From: Escherichia coli
GTDB lineage: Bacteria > Pseudomonadota > Gammaproteobacteria > Enterobacterales > Enterobacteriaceae
Strand: one strand, 5' to 3'
Length of the DNA: 64,000 bases
Assembly (NCBI RefSeq): GCF_013315695.1
Contig: NZ_CP054353.1
A program made the translations under genes and the position numbers. The notes beneath the pieces were generated by a model. That model saw nothing but the letters and a program-made list of their open reading frames with translations, searched no databases and was not told where the DNA came from. Positions 23,092 to 34,274 of the stretch are shown one piece after another (the first letter of the stretch is position 1; the number at the start of each line of letters is the position of its first letter).

Positions 23092-23955
23092 TCACAAATA
23101 TAGCGCCGGAAATATTAACCGGCTCACCCCGCGCTCCCGTAACGCATCAGCCAGTTGTTCCACATCCTCCGGCGTGGCGCTCGGCCAGCTTTGCGCCTCG
23201 CCATACACGCCGTGGGCATGAAACGCGTTCAGGCGTACCGGAACATCGCCAAGTCCCTTGATTAACGCCGCCAGTTCTTCGATATGTTGCAAATAATCCA
23301 CCTGGCCAGGGATTACCAGCAAACGCAGTTCCGCCAGCTTACCGCGCTCTGCCAGCAAACAGATGCTGCGCTTGATCTGCTGATTATCGCGTCCGGTTAA
23401 TTGCTGATGACATTCGCTCCCCCACGCTTTGAGATCGAGCATTGCGCCGTCACACACCGGGAGCAATTTTTCCCAGCCGGTTTCGCTCAACATGCCGTTA
23501 CTGTCCACGAGGCAGGTGAGATGGCACAGTTGCGGATCGTTTTTGATGGCAGTAAACAGCGCCACCACAAACGGCAACTGGGTCGTGGCTTCGCCGCCGC
23601 TTACCGTTATCCCTTCAATAAACAGAACCGCTTTGCGGACATGGTTAAGCACCTCGTCCACGCTCATGGATTGCGCCATTGGCGTAGCATGTTGCGGACA
23701 CATCTTCAGGCAGGTATCACATTGCTCGCAGGCAGCCGCGCTCCACGCCACTTTGCCGTCGACAATCTGCAACGCCTGATGCGGACACTGCGGCACGCAC
23801 TCTCCGCAATCATTACAGCGCCCCATCGTCCACGGATTGTGACAGTTTTTGCAGCGCAGATTGCAGCCCTGCAAAAACAGAGCCAGACGACTGCCTGGCC
23901 CGTCAACGCAGGAGAAGGGGATAATCTTACTGACTAAAGCGCATCTGCTGTTCAT
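23092..23955 (-). CDS. yjjW: Glycyl-radical enzyme activating protein (radical SAM, PflA family)
   Basis: 287-aa ORF with CxxxCxxC ([12 protein letters not shown]) and extra Cys-rich ferredoxin-like clusters. Confidence 0.85.
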   Translation of the reverse strand: MNSRCALVSKIIPFSCVDGPGSRLALFLQGCNLRCKNCHNPWTMGRCNDCGECVPQCPHQALQIVDGKVAWSAAACEQCDTCLKMCPQHATPMAQSMSVDEVLNHVRKAVLFIEGITVSGGEATTQLPFVVALFTAIKNDPQLCHLTCLVDSNGMLSETGWEKLLPVCDGAMLDLKAWGSECHQQLTGRDNQQIKRSICLLAERGKLAELRLLVIPGQVDYLQHIEELAALIKGLGDVPVRLNAFHAHGVYGEAQSWPSATPEDVEQLADALRERGVSRLIFPALYL

Positions 23956-25477
23956 GGCTTATCACGCGCGGCTGGCGTTCCAGAATACGAGTGTTGCGTG
24001 CGGCTTCTTCTCCCAGCCAGGTAGTGTTGGTGCGTGAACCTTCGGCGCGATATTTTTCTAAATCCGACAAACGCACCATATAACCGGTAACGCGAACCAG
24101 ATCGTTACCGCTGACATTGGCGGTAAATTCACGCATTCCGGCTTTAAAGGCACCGAGGCAAAGCTGTACCAGCGCCTGCGGATTACGTTTGATGGTTTCG
24201 TCGAGCGTCAGAATGTCGCTGATGCCGGAATAATAATAAGCATGATGCGGGGCGACAGTTTGCAGATGGGTAATCGGATCTGGCTCATCGCCATATGGTA
24301 AACGCGCGCCCGGCGTGGTGCCGATATCGGAACTTATCCCCGACTGTGCGTGTAACATGGCGCGTTTTTGCCAGCCATATTTCACGGGGGTATTGGCGAC
24401 AAACTCCGCCAGTTGCGCGCTAATGCGATAACCCACTTCATTTGCGGCGGCCTCTTTACCGTAGCGTGCGGCAATCCCTTCTTTTTCACACAGCAAGTTA
24501 ACCGCTTCCGCCAGCCCATACATGCCAAACATCGGCACAAAACGTTCAGGGTTAATCAGCCCTTCTTTCACCAGGAAGCTATTCTCAAAGAAGTGTGATT
24601 GTTGATAGAGGAATTCACACCGCGCATCGATGATGGCGATCTGCTGTTGGCAGTAGTGCGGTAGAGTGCGCGTAAAGAAGTCCTCCAGCGATTCACTGCG
24701 CTCGGCAATGGCTTTCAGGTTTAGGCGTACCAGCGTGCTGCCACCACCCGCCAGCGGCAGTGAGTTGTAACAGCTCACAATCCCGTAGCCCCCTTTTGTG
24801 AAAATTTTATCATGCACCGGACCGTTGGCGATGTGCGGTTTGCTACATTCACAGATGTTTTTCGCCACTTCCAGCAGCAGGTCATCAGGGGTGATATCAG
24901 GATCGTAGATAAAGGTCAGGTTCGGTGAAACCTGCTTCAGCTCTGCGTCTGCACGTAATATCGCACGGGTAATGGGCGAATCAGACGGGCCGATATTGGC
25001 ATGCATAAAGGCGTCTGGCAGGGTTCTGTCGAGGTAACGCCAGAAACGTTTTATTCGAATATCGATCTCGTCTTGTGTTAGAATTCTAACATACGGTTGC
25101 AACAACGCATCCAGTTGCCCCAGGTAGACCGGCATCGATGTGACCGAAGGAACGTGGTGGTAAAGAATGGTCAGCAGAGAGAGTGCGTCATCAAGATCTT
25201 TTGCGCCTTCCAGCTCCAGCCATTCGGAACCGTTGGCCAAAAAACGGGCGTAATCGGGTAAGACATAGCGCGGTTTGTACGGCGCATGACCTTCAAACAT
25301 ATCGCAGATTACCCCCTCATCCAGCGCGCGGCGGGCTTCGGCAGGCAGCTGTGGGTAAGGCAGATTATTTTCTGCTTCCAGTGCCAGAAAATGGCGCTTC
25401 TGCTCCGGGCTAAGTACCGGGCTGGTGACAATTTGCTGGCAACGTTGTTGCAGTGCATTTTCATGAGAAGTGGGCAT
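23927..25477 (-). CDS. yjjI: Uncharacterised glycine-radical-like protein (DUF3029)
   Basis: 516-aa ORF overlapping the yjjW start; co-oriented with its predicted activase. Confidence 0.8.
   Translation of the reverse strand: MPTSHENALQQRCQQIVTSPVLSPEQKRHFLALEAENNLPYPQLPAEARRALDEGVICDMFEGHAPYKPRYVLPDYARFLANGSEWLELEGAKDLDDALSLLTILYHHVPSVTSMPVYLGQLDALLQPYVRILTQDEIDIRIKRFWRYLDRTLPDAFMHANIGPSDSPITRAILRADAELKQVSPNLTFIYDPDITPDDLLLEVAKNICECSKPHIANGPVHDKIFTKGGYGIVSCYNSLPLAGGGSTLVRLNLKAIAERSESLEDFFTRTLPHYCQQQIAIIDARCEFLYQQSHFFENSFLVKEGLINPERFVPMFGMYGLAEAVNLLCEKEGIAARYGKEAAANEVGYRISAQLAEFVANTPVKYGWQKRAMLHAQSGISSDIGTTPGARLPYGDEPDPITHLQTVAPHHAYYYSGISDILTLDETIKRNPQALVQLCLGAFKAGMREFTANVSGNDLVRVTGYMVRLSDLEKYRAEGSRTNTTWLGEEAARNTRILERQPRVISHEQQMRFSQ
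24797..24812. promoter_or_regulatory. Candidate distal DeoR operator (OE-like)
   Basis: tgtgaaaattttatca, 12/16 identical to the O1 palindrome; 279 bp upstream of O1, inside yjjI coding sequence. Confidence 0.45.
25076..25091. promoter_or_regulatory. DeoR operator O1 (deoP1 region)
   Basis: Perfect 16-bp palindrome tgttagaattctaaca, exactly 599 bp upstream of the second palindrome. Confidence 0.8.
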
Positions 25478-25674
25478 CTTCTTTTCCTTTTATGCCGAAG
25501 GTGATGCGCCATTGTAAGAAGTTTCGTGATGTTCACTTTGATCCTGATACGTTTGCCACCACTGACGCATTCATTTGAAAGTGAATTATTTGAACCAGAT
25601 CGCATTACAGTGATGCAAACTTGTAAGTAGATTTCCTTAATTGTGATGTACATCGAAGTGTGTTGCGGAGTAGA

Positions 25675-25690
25675 TGTTAGAATACTAACA
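25675..25690. promoter_or_regulatory. DeoR operator O2 (deoP2 region)
   Basis: 16-bp palindrome tgttagaatactaaca about 45 bp upstream of deoC; CRP/CytR-like tgtga motif nearby at about 25642. Confidence 0.8.
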
Positions 25691-25734
25691 AACTCGCAAG
25701 GTGAATTTTATTGGCGACAAGCCAGGAGAATGAA

Positions 25735-26514
25735 ATGACTGATCTGAAAGCAAGCAGCCTGCGTGCACTGAAATTGATGGACCTGACCACCCTGAATGAC
25801 GACGACACCGACGAGAAAGTGATCGCCCTGTGTCATCAGGCCAAAACTCCGGTCGGCAATACCGCCGCTATCTGTATCTATCCTCGCTTTATCCCAATTG
25901 CTCGCAAAACGCTGAAAGAGCAGGGCACCCCGGAAATCCGTATCGCTACGGTAACTAACTTCCCACACGGTAACGATGACATCGAAATCGCGCTGGCAGA
26001 AACCCGTGCGGCAATCGCCTACGGTGCCGATGAAGTTGACGTAGTGTTCCCGTACCGTGCGCTGATGGCAGGTAACGAGCAGGTTGGTTTTGACCTGGTG
26101 AAAGCCTGTAAAGAGGCTTGCGATGCGGCGAACGTACTGCTGAAAGTGATTATTGAAACCGGCGAACTGAAAGACGAAGCGCTGATCCGTAAAGCGTCTG
26201 AAATCTCCATCAAAGCGGGTGCTGACTTCATCAAAACCTCTACCGGTAAAGTGGCTGTGAATGCGACGCCGGAAAGCGCGCGCATCATGATGGAAGTGAT
26301 CCGCGATATGGGCGTAGAAAAAACCGTTGGTTTCAAACCGGCGGGCGGCGTGCGTACTGCGGAAGATGCGCAGAAATATCTCGCCATTGCAGATGAACTG
26401 TTCGGTGCTGACTGGGCTGATGTGCGTCACTACCGCTTTGGTGCTTCCAGCTTGCTGGCAAGCCTGCTGAAAGCTCTGGGCCACGGCGACGGTAAGAGCG
26501 CCAGCAGCTACTAA
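25735..26514 (+). CDS. deoC: Deoxyribose-phosphate aldolase
   Basis: 259-aa from ATG 25735 after aggag ([26 protein letters not shown]). Confidence 0.95.
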   Translation: MTDLKASSLRALKLMDLTTLNDDDTDEKVIALCHQAKTPVGNTAAICIYPRFIPIARKTLKEQGTPEIRIATVTNFPHGNDDIEIALAETRAAIAYGADEVDVVFPYRALMAGNEQVGFDLVKACKEACDAANVLLKVIIETGELKDEALIRKASEISIKAGADFIKTSTGKVAVNATPESARIMMEVIRDMGVEKTVGFKPAGGVRTAEDAQKYLAIADELFGADWADVRHYRFGASSLLASLLKALGHGDGKSASSY

Positions 26515-26591
26515 GGCTTGATTTGCCGGATGATGCAGCGATGCTCATCCGGTTCCCCGATTACCTCGTCTCTTTTCCACGGGAGGTTACC

Positions 26592-27914
26592 TTGTTTCTC
26601 GCACAAGAAATTATTCGTAAAAAACGTGATGGTCATGCGCTGAGTGATGATGAAATTCGTTTCTTTATCAATGGCATTCGCGACAACACTATCTCCGAAG
26701 GGCAGATTGCCGCCCTCGCGATGACCATTTTCTTCCACGATATGACAATGCCTGAGCGTGTCTCGCTGACCATGGCGATGCGAGATTCAGGAACCGTTCT
26801 CGACTGGAAAAGCCTGCATCTGAATGGCCCGATTGTTGATAAACACTCGACCGGCGGTGTCGGCGATGTGACTTCGCTGATGTTGGGGCCGATGGTCGCT
26901 GCCTGTGGCGGCTATATTCCGATGATCTCCGGTCGCGGCCTCGGTCATACTGGCGGTACGCTCGACAAACTGGAATCCATCCCTGGCTTCGACATTTTCC
27001 CGGATGACAACCGTTTCCGCGAAATTATTAAAGACGTCGGCGTGGCGATTATCGGCCAGACCAGCTCACTGGCTCCGGCGGATAAACGTTTCTACGCGAC
27101 CCGCGATATTACCGCAACCGTGGATTCAATCCCGCTGATCACCGCCTCTATTCTGGCGAAGAAACTGGCGGAAGGTCTGGACGCGCTGGTGATGGACGTG
27201 AAAGTGGGTAGCGGCGCGTTTATGCCGACCTACGAACTCTCTGAAGCCCTTGCCGAAGCGATTGTTGGCGTGGCTAACGGCGCTGGCGTGCGCACCACCG
27301 CGCTGCTCACCGATATGAATCAGGTACTGGCCTCCAGTGCAGGTAACGCGGTTGAAGTTCGTGAAGCGGTGCAGTTCCTGACGGGTGAATATCGTAACCC
27401 GCGTCTGTTTGATGTCACGATGGCACTGTGCGTGGAGATGCTGATCTCCGGCAAACTGGCGAAAGATGACGCCGAAGCGCGCGCGAAATTACAGGCGGTG
27501 CTGGACAACGGTAAAGCGGCAGAAGTCTTTGGTCGTATGGTAGCGGCACAAAAAGGCCCGACCGACTTCGTTGAGAACTACGCGAAGTATCTGCCGACAG
27601 CGATGCTGACGAAAGCAGTCTATGCTGATACCGAAGGGTTTGTCAGTGAAATGGATACCCGCGCGCTGGGGATGGCAGTGGTTGCAATGGGCGGCGGACG
27701 CCGTCAGGCATCTGACACCATCGATTACAGCGTCGGCTTTACTGATATGGCGCGTCTGGGCGACCAGGTAGACGGTCAGCGTCCGCTGGCAGTTATCCAC
27801 GCGAAAGACGAAAACAGCTGGCAGGAAGCGGCGAAAGCGGTGAAAGCGGCAATTAAACTTGCCGATAAAGCACCGGAAAGCACACCAACTGTCTATCGCC
27901 GTATCAGCGAATAA
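26592..27914 (+). CDS. deoA: Thymidine phosphorylase
   Basis: 440-aa from TTG 26592 after gggagg ([22 protein letters not shown]...). Confidence 0.9.
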   Translation: MFLAQEIIRKKRDGHALSDDEIRFFINGIRDNTISEGQIAALAMTIFFHDMTMPERVSLTMAMRDSGTVLDWKSLHLNGPIVDKHSTGGVGDVTSLMLGPMVAACGGYIPMISGRGLGHTGGTLDKLESIPGFDIFPDDNRFREIIKDVGVAIIGQTSSLAPADKRFYATRDITATVDSIPLITASILAKKLAEGLDALVMDVKVGSGAFMPTYELSEALAEAIVGVANGAGVRTTALLTDMNQVLASSAGNAVEVREAVQFLTGEYRNPRLFDVTMALCVEMLISGKLAKDDAEARAKLQAVLDNGKAAEVFGRMVAAQKGPTDFVENYAKYLPTAMLTKAVYADTEGFVSEMDTRALGMAVVAMGGGRRQASDTIDYSVGFTDMARLGDQVDGQRPLAVIHAKDENSWQEAAKAVKAAIKLADKAPESTPTVYRRISE

Positions 27915-27944
27915 CGGTATACTGATCTGATCATTTAAATTTGA

Positions 27945-29189
<1,245 letters not shown>

Positions 29190-29245
29190 TGGATTTGGGC
29201 GGAGCAGTGACTCCGCCTTTAATATGTCACAAAAAGGATAAAATG

Positions 29246-29965
29246 ATGGCTACTCCACACATTAATGCAGAAATGGGCGATTTTGCTGACGTAGTTTTGA
29301 TGCCAGGTGACCCGCTGCGTGCGAAGTATATTGCTGAAACTTTCCTTGAAGATGCCCGTGAAGTGAACAACGTTCGCGGTATGCTGGGCTTCACTGGTAC
29401 TTACAAAGGCCGCAAAATTTCCGTAATGGGCCACGGTATGGGTATCCCGTCCTGCTCCATCTACACCAAAGAACTGATCACTGATTTCGGCGTGAAGAAA
29501 ATTATCCGCGTTGGTTCCTGTGGCGCTGTTCTGCCGCACGTAAAACTGCGCGACGTCGTTATCGGTATGGGTGCCTGCACCGATTCCAAAGTTAACCGCA
29601 TCCGTTTTAAAGACCATGACTTTGCCGCTATCGCTGACTTCGACATGGTGCGTAACGCGGTAGACGCGGCAAAAGCACTGGGCGTTGATGCTCGTGTTGG
29701 TAACCTGTTCTCCGCTGACCTGTTCTACTCTCCGGACGGCGAAATGTTCGACGTGATGGAAAAATACGGCATCCTCGGCGTGGAAATGGAAGCGGCTGGT
29801 ATCTACGGCGTCGCTGCAGAATTTGGCGCGAAAGCCCTGACCATCTGCACCGTGTCTGACCACATCCGCACTCACGAGCAGACCACTGCCGCTGAGCGTC
29901 AGACCACCTTCAACGACATGATCAAAATCGCGCTGGAATCCGTTCTGCTGGGCGATAAAGAGTAA
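29246..29965 (+). CDS. deoD: Purine nucleoside phosphorylase
   Basis: 239-aa from ATG 29246 ([26 protein letters not shown]). Confidence 0.95.
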   Translation: MATPHINAEMGDFADVVLMPGDPLRAKYIAETFLEDAREVNNVRGMLGFTGTYKGRKISVMGHGMGIPSCSIYTKELITDFGVKKIIRVGSCGAVLPHVKLRDVVIGMGACTDSKVNRIRFKDHDFAAIADFDMVRNAVDAAKALGVDARVGNLFSADLFYSPDGEMFDVMEKYGILGVEMEAAGIYGVAAEFGAKALTICTVSDHIRTHEQTTAAERQTTFNDMIKIALESVLLGDKE

Positions 29966-29997
29966 TTGTGTTTTGCTGAAAGGCGATTGTCGTGTGA

Positions 29998-30027
29998 AGC
30001 CGGAGTGGGAGACTGCTCCGGCTTTTT
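29998..30027 (+). terminator. Intrinsic terminator of the deo operon
   Basis: agccggag...ctccggct stem followed by ttttt. Confidence 0.75.
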
Positions 30028-30095
30028 ATTATCTATTCATTTCTCTCTCCAGCTTGAATATTTTCGCTATACTTTTCAGTGAAATGTGTTAATAA

Positions 30096-30131
30096 ATCTA
30101 TTCAAGTATCTATTCACGAATCTATTCATTA
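30096..30131. repeat. Three tandem 12-bp direct repeats (atctattca+NNN) abutting the yjjJ start codon
   Basis: atctattcaagt / atctattcacga / atctattcatta read directly; a fourth copy of atctattca at 30031-30039. Confidence 0.8.
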
Positions 30132-31463
30132 ATGAGCGAATTGACCGATCTTTTATTGCAAGGGCCGCGTTCTGCCCCGGAATTGCGCCAGCGTCTGGCA
30201 ATCAGTCAGGCGACGTTCTCACGCCTTGTTGCCAGAGAAGATCGGGTGATTCGCTTTGGTAAAGCACGGGCAACGCGATATGCACTGCTGCGTCCTTATC
30301 GCGGAATTGAGCGTATTCCCGTATGGCGAGTGGATGATGCCGGAAAGGCGCATAAATTCGCCGACATTCAGTTGTGCTGGCCGCAGGGAAGTTGTCTGGT
30401 AACAGGCGCAGATGGCGACGAACGGTGGTTTGATGGTTTGCCCTGGTATTTGACCGATCTGCGACCGCAGGGGTTTTTGGGGCGCGCGTGGGGCAGGAAG
30501 TTAGCCGCGCAACTGAATCTTACTGAAGATATCCGTCTCTGGCAGGAAGAAGATGTGCTCTACGCCCTGACCGTATTTAGCGGTGAATACACCGGCGGCT
30601 GGCTGGTCGGGGAGGGGAATTATCAGCGATGGATTACTGCACAACGCCCTGCGGCAATTCCTCTGGATCAAAAACTCACCCATTACGAACAACTGGCAAG
30701 CGATGCACTGGCAGGAGAAATTGTGGGTTCTTCTGCGGGCGGTGAGCAGCCAAAATTTACCTGCTATGCACAAACGCCGTCAGGCAATAAACATGTGCTG
30801 GTTAAATTCACCGTGCCACAGCAAACCGCGGTCAGCCAACGTTGGGGCGACTTGCTTATTGCGGAATCTATTGCCGCGCAAATCCTGCGCGACGGCGGGA
30901 TCCACGCCATCGAGTCAACGGTGCTTGTAACAAGTAACAGGCAGGTATTCCTTGAAGCGGAACGATTTGACTGCAAAGGTAACGATGGTCGCTTGCCCAT
31001 TGTGTCGCTGGAGGCGGTGCAGAGTGAGTTTATCTCTTCTCCGGGATCGTGGCCGGAGGCTATGCGCCGTTTGTGTGAGCAACAACTTGTCACTCACCAG
31101 AGCGTGGCGCAAACAGAAGTGATCTGGGCGTTTGGGCGACTTATCGCCAACAGCGATATGCACGCAGGCAATTTATCATTTTATTTATCTGAACCACCAT
31201 TTGCGCTGACGCCCGTCTACGACATGCTGCCGATGGCCTATGCACCAAACAGCGCCGGAATGTTGCGTGATGCTGCCATTGAGGTGAGGTTTGATCTTAA
31301 CGTCAGTAAAAGTGCATGGTTAACGGCGATCCCGCTGGCGCAGCAGTTCTGGCAAACGGTCGCCGGAGATCCGCGTATCAGCGAGGCATTTCGCCACATT
31401 GCACAAGAAATGCCGGAAAAAATCCGGCAAATCGAAGGGAAAGTTGCCCGCATGGGCGGGTAA
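30132..31463 (+). CDS. yjjJ: HipA-like Ser/Thr kinase with N-terminal HTH (toxin-like)
   Basis: 443-aa ORF; N-terminal HTH-like segment and C-terminal HipA-like catalytic region (IANSDMHAGNLSF). Confidence 0.8.
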   Translation: MSELTDLLLQGPRSAPELRQRLAISQATFSRLVAREDRVIRFGKARATRYALLRPYRGIERIPVWRVDDAGKAHKFADIQLCWPQGSCLVTGADGDERWFDGLPWYLTDLRPQGFLGRAWGRKLAAQLNLTEDIRLWQEEDVLYALTVFSGEYTGGWLVGEGNYQRWITAQRPAAIPLDQKLTHYEQLASDALAGEIVGSSAGGEQPKFTCYAQTPSGNKHVLVKFTVPQQTAVSQRWGDLLIAESIAAQILRDGGIHAIESTVLVTSNRQVFLEAERFDCKGNDGRLPIVSLEAVQSEFISSPGSWPEAMRRLCEQQLVTHQSVAQTEVIWAFGRLIANSDMHAGNLSFYLSEPPFALTPVYDMLPMAYAPNSAGMLRDAAIEVRFDLNVSKSAWLTAIPLAQQFWQTVAGDPRISEAFRHIAQEMPEKIRQIEGKVARMGG

Positions 31464-32480
31464 CTATCGCACCGCCCCCGCTATCCATGCCGACAACTCC
31501 CGTAGCTCTTTTTCCTGTTCCGGGAAGTCAACCAGCAGCGCTTCGCACTCCTGTTGCAGCATATCCGCGCGGTACAGACAGCCTTGCAGTCGCCCGGCGA
31601 GGGCTTCCAGCGGCGCGGGGTTGAGACTGTCGGTAAACACCTGGGCGCGGGTGATATGGCCTTTTTCAACGTCGAAATGCAGTTCCACGCCGCCCCAGGT
31701 AAAGCGTTCATCCAGCAGATGCGAGAATGCCGGAGCCTGACCGAAGTTCCATTCCCAGCTACTCTGGCGGGCAAAGGTTTCGGCGAAGTTTGGCAAGTCT
31801 GGCGTTTTGTCCGGGGAGATGATTTCCGCTTCCACGCGCTCGCCATAATGGGCGAAAAAGGCCTCGGTTATGGCCTCGCAAACCTGCTCATGGGTGATCC
31901 CCGGTAGCAATTCGGTCAGATTGGTCACGCGGGAACGCACTGAGGTAATGCCTTTCGCCGCCAGTTTCTTTTTATCCGGATTGAGATAGTTTGCCAGGCG
32001 GCTAAGGTCGGAATTGAGCAGCAAAGTGCCGTGGTGGAAGCCACGATCTTTGGTTTCGCGATAGGCCGAGCCTGAGACTTTGCGATCGCCTTCGGCGGTT
32101 TTCACCACCAGATCGTTACGCCCGGAAGCTTCGGCGCTGACGCCGAGCGCGTTCAGCGCATTGAGCACAATCGACGTGGAGATGGTTTTATCGTACTCCG
32201 GCTTGCCAGCCATAAAGGTAAAACAGGTATTGCCGAGATCGTGGAACACTGCGCCGCCACCGCTACTGCGCCGCGCCAGGCGGACGTTATCTTCTTCCAT
32301 CCGCCGGGTATTACACTCTTTCCACGGGTTCTGCGCGCGACCAATCACTACCGTGTCGGCATTGCGCCAGAGAAACAGAACGCGCTGCGTAGCCGGCATC
32401 TGGCGAAAAATACACTCCTCTACCGCCAGGTTAAACCACGGGTCGTAAGAGTCAGAGATGAGCAGGCGTAATGTGGACAT
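31464..32480 (-). CDS. lplA: Lipoate-protein ligase A
   Basis: 338-aa [25 protein letters not shown]...; stop codon abuts yjjJ stop. Confidence 0.95.
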   Translation of the reverse strand: MSTLRLLISDSYDPWFNLAVEECIFRQMPATQRVLFLWRNADTVVIGRAQNPWKECNTRRMEEDNVRLARRSSGGGAVFHDLGNTCFTFMAGKPEYDKTISTSIVLNALNALGVSAEASGRNDLVVKTAEGDRKVSGSAYRETKDRGFHHGTLLLNSDLSRLANYLNPDKKKLAAKGITSVRSRVTNLTELLPGITHEQVCEAITEAFFAHYGERVEAEIISPDKTPDLPNFAETFARQSSWEWNFGQAPAFSHLLDERFTWGGVELHFDVEKGHITRAQVFTDSLNPAPLEALAGRLQGCLYRADMLQQECEALLVDFPEQEKELRELSAWIAGAVR

Positions 32481-32507
32481 AACGATTTCCTTTCTTGTAG
32501 TAATGGG

Positions 32508-33152
32508 TCACTCTTTTTTCTCGCTTTCTTCCTCTTCCGGCACCGGTTTACTGGCGGTTAACAGGAAGGGCGATTGCTGCCAGCGGGTGCGTTTACCCTG
32601 TAGCAGCGTGCGGGTCAGCACTACGCCGATTGCCAGCGAGAGCAGCAACATCAGGCGTAAAATGTTAGTGGTGTTATCCACCTGTTGGGCTTCGGTGGCG
32701 AGCGTATGGGTGTCGAGCGTCAGGCGCAGATAGCCGAGCGGTCCGTTTTTACCCGCAATGGGTTCGACAATCTGCTGGTTAAAATAGCCGCCCGCTTTTT
32801 TGCCGTCGAGCGCCAGCCGGTCGCGCACGTCGACGCTTTCGCCAGAACGGGCGATAAGATCGCCTTGCTCATCATATACGCCTGCGTCGAGAATGCGGCT
32901 TTCATCCGTTAACTGATCGAGGATCGCCTGAATGCGTTTTTCATCCGGTGAGTCGGTACGCATCAGCGGTGCAACGTTTAGCGTCACCTGCCGCGCCAGG
33001 GTGCGGGCCAGTTCTTCCAGTTGCGGATTACGCTGTCGCTGGTGGTTTTGACTAAACCATGACGCCCCCTGCATCAGCGCCACTAACAAGGCAAGACAGA
33101 ACAGGACAATCACTGCCCGATGCAGCCGGAATTTCAGTTTTGTGCGAGCCAT
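32508..33152 (-). CDS. ytjB: Inner-membrane protein YtjB (Smp)
   Basis: 214-aa ORF with N-terminal TM helix; divergent from serB. Confidence 0.8.
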   Translation of the reverse strand: MARTKLKFRLHRAVIVLFCLALLVALMQGASWFSQNHQRQRNPQLEELARTLARQVTLNVAPLMRTDSPDEKRIQAILDQLTDESRILDAGVYDEQGDLIARSGESVDVRDRLALDGKKAGGYFNQQIVEPIAGKNGPLGYLRLTLDTHTLATEAQQVDNTTNILRLMLLLSLAIGVVLTRTLLQGKRTRWQQSPFLLTASKPVPEEEESEKKE

Positions 33153-33257
33153 CTTCCACCCTTTGAAAATTTGAGACTTAATGTTGCCAGAAGCAATGGA
33201 TACAAGGTAGCCTCATGCGTTATTTTCCCTGCTTCGAACGATTTTACAGGAGCCTTA

Positions 33258-34226
33258 ATGCCTAACATTACCTGGTGCGACCTGCCTGAAGATGTCTCTT
33301 TATGGCCTGGTCTGCCTCTTTCATTAAGTGGTGATGAAGTGATGCCACTGGATTACCACGCAGGTCGTAGCGGCTGGCTGCTGTATGGTCGTGGGCTGGA
33401 TAAACAACGTCTGACCCAATACCAGAGCAAACTGGGCGCGGCTATGGTGATTGTTGCCGCCTGGTGCGTGGAAGATTATCAGGTGATTCGTCTGGCAGGT
33501 TCACTCACTGCGCGGGCTACGCGCCTGGCCCATGAAGCGCAACTGGATGTCGCGCCGCTGGGGAAAATCCCACACCTGCGCACGCCGGGGTTGCTGGTGA
33601 TGGACATGGATTCCACCGCCATCCAGATTGAATGTATTGATGAAATTGCCAAACTGGCCGGAACGGGCGAGAGGGTGGCGGAGGTAACCGAACGGGCGAT
33701 GCGCGGCGAACTCGATTTTACCGCCAGCCTGCGCAGCCGCGTGGCGACGCTGAAAGGCGCTGACGCCAATATTCTGCAACAGGTGCGTGAAAATCTGCCG
33801 CTGATGCCAGGCTTAACGCAGCTGGTACTCAAGCTGGAAACGCTGGGCTGGAAAGTGGCGATTGCCTCCGGCGGCTTTACTTTCTTTGCTGAATACCTGC
33901 GCGACAAGCTGCGCCTGACAGCCGTGGTAGCCAATGAACTGGAGATCATGGACGGTAAATTTACCGGCAATGTGATCGGCGACATCGTTGACGCGCAATA
34001 TAAAGCGAAAACCCTGACCCGCCTCGCGCAGGAGTATGAAATCCCGCTGGCGCAGACCGTGGCGATTGGCGATGGAGCCAATGACCTGCCGATGATCAAA
34101 GCGGCAGGGCTGGGGATTGCCTACCATGCCAAGCCAAAAGTGAATGAAAAGACGGAAGTCACCATCCGTCACGCTGACCTGATGGGGGTATTCTGCATCC
34201 TCTCTGGCAGCCTGAATCAGAAGTAA
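33258..34226 (+). CDS. serB: Phosphoserine phosphatase
   Basis: 322-aa from ATG 33258 after aggag; HAD motif DMDST. Confidence 0.95.
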   Translation: MPNITWCDLPEDVSLWPGLPLSLSGDEVMPLDYHAGRSGWLLYGRGLDKQRLTQYQSKLGAAMVIVAAWCVEDYQVIRLAGSLTARATRLAHEAQLDVAPLGKIPHLRTPGLLVMDMDSTAIQIECIDEIAKLAGTGERVAEVTERAMRGELDFTASLRSRVATLKGADANILQQVRENLPLMPGLTQLVLKLETLGWKVAIASGGFTFFAEYLRDKLRLTAVVANELEIMDGKFTGNVIGDIVDAQYKAKTLTRLAQEYEIPLAQTVAIGDGANDLPMIKAAGLGIAYHAKPKVNEKTEVTIRHADLMGVFCILSGSLNQK

Positions 34227-34274
34227 TTGTCCGCCCGTCATCCTGCGGGCGGCACAGCATTAACGAGGTACATC

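Noticed and set aside
23401-23937. 178-aa ORF antisense to yjjW
   Set aside because: Lies wholly inside the radical-SAM activase gene on the opposite strand; no independent support.
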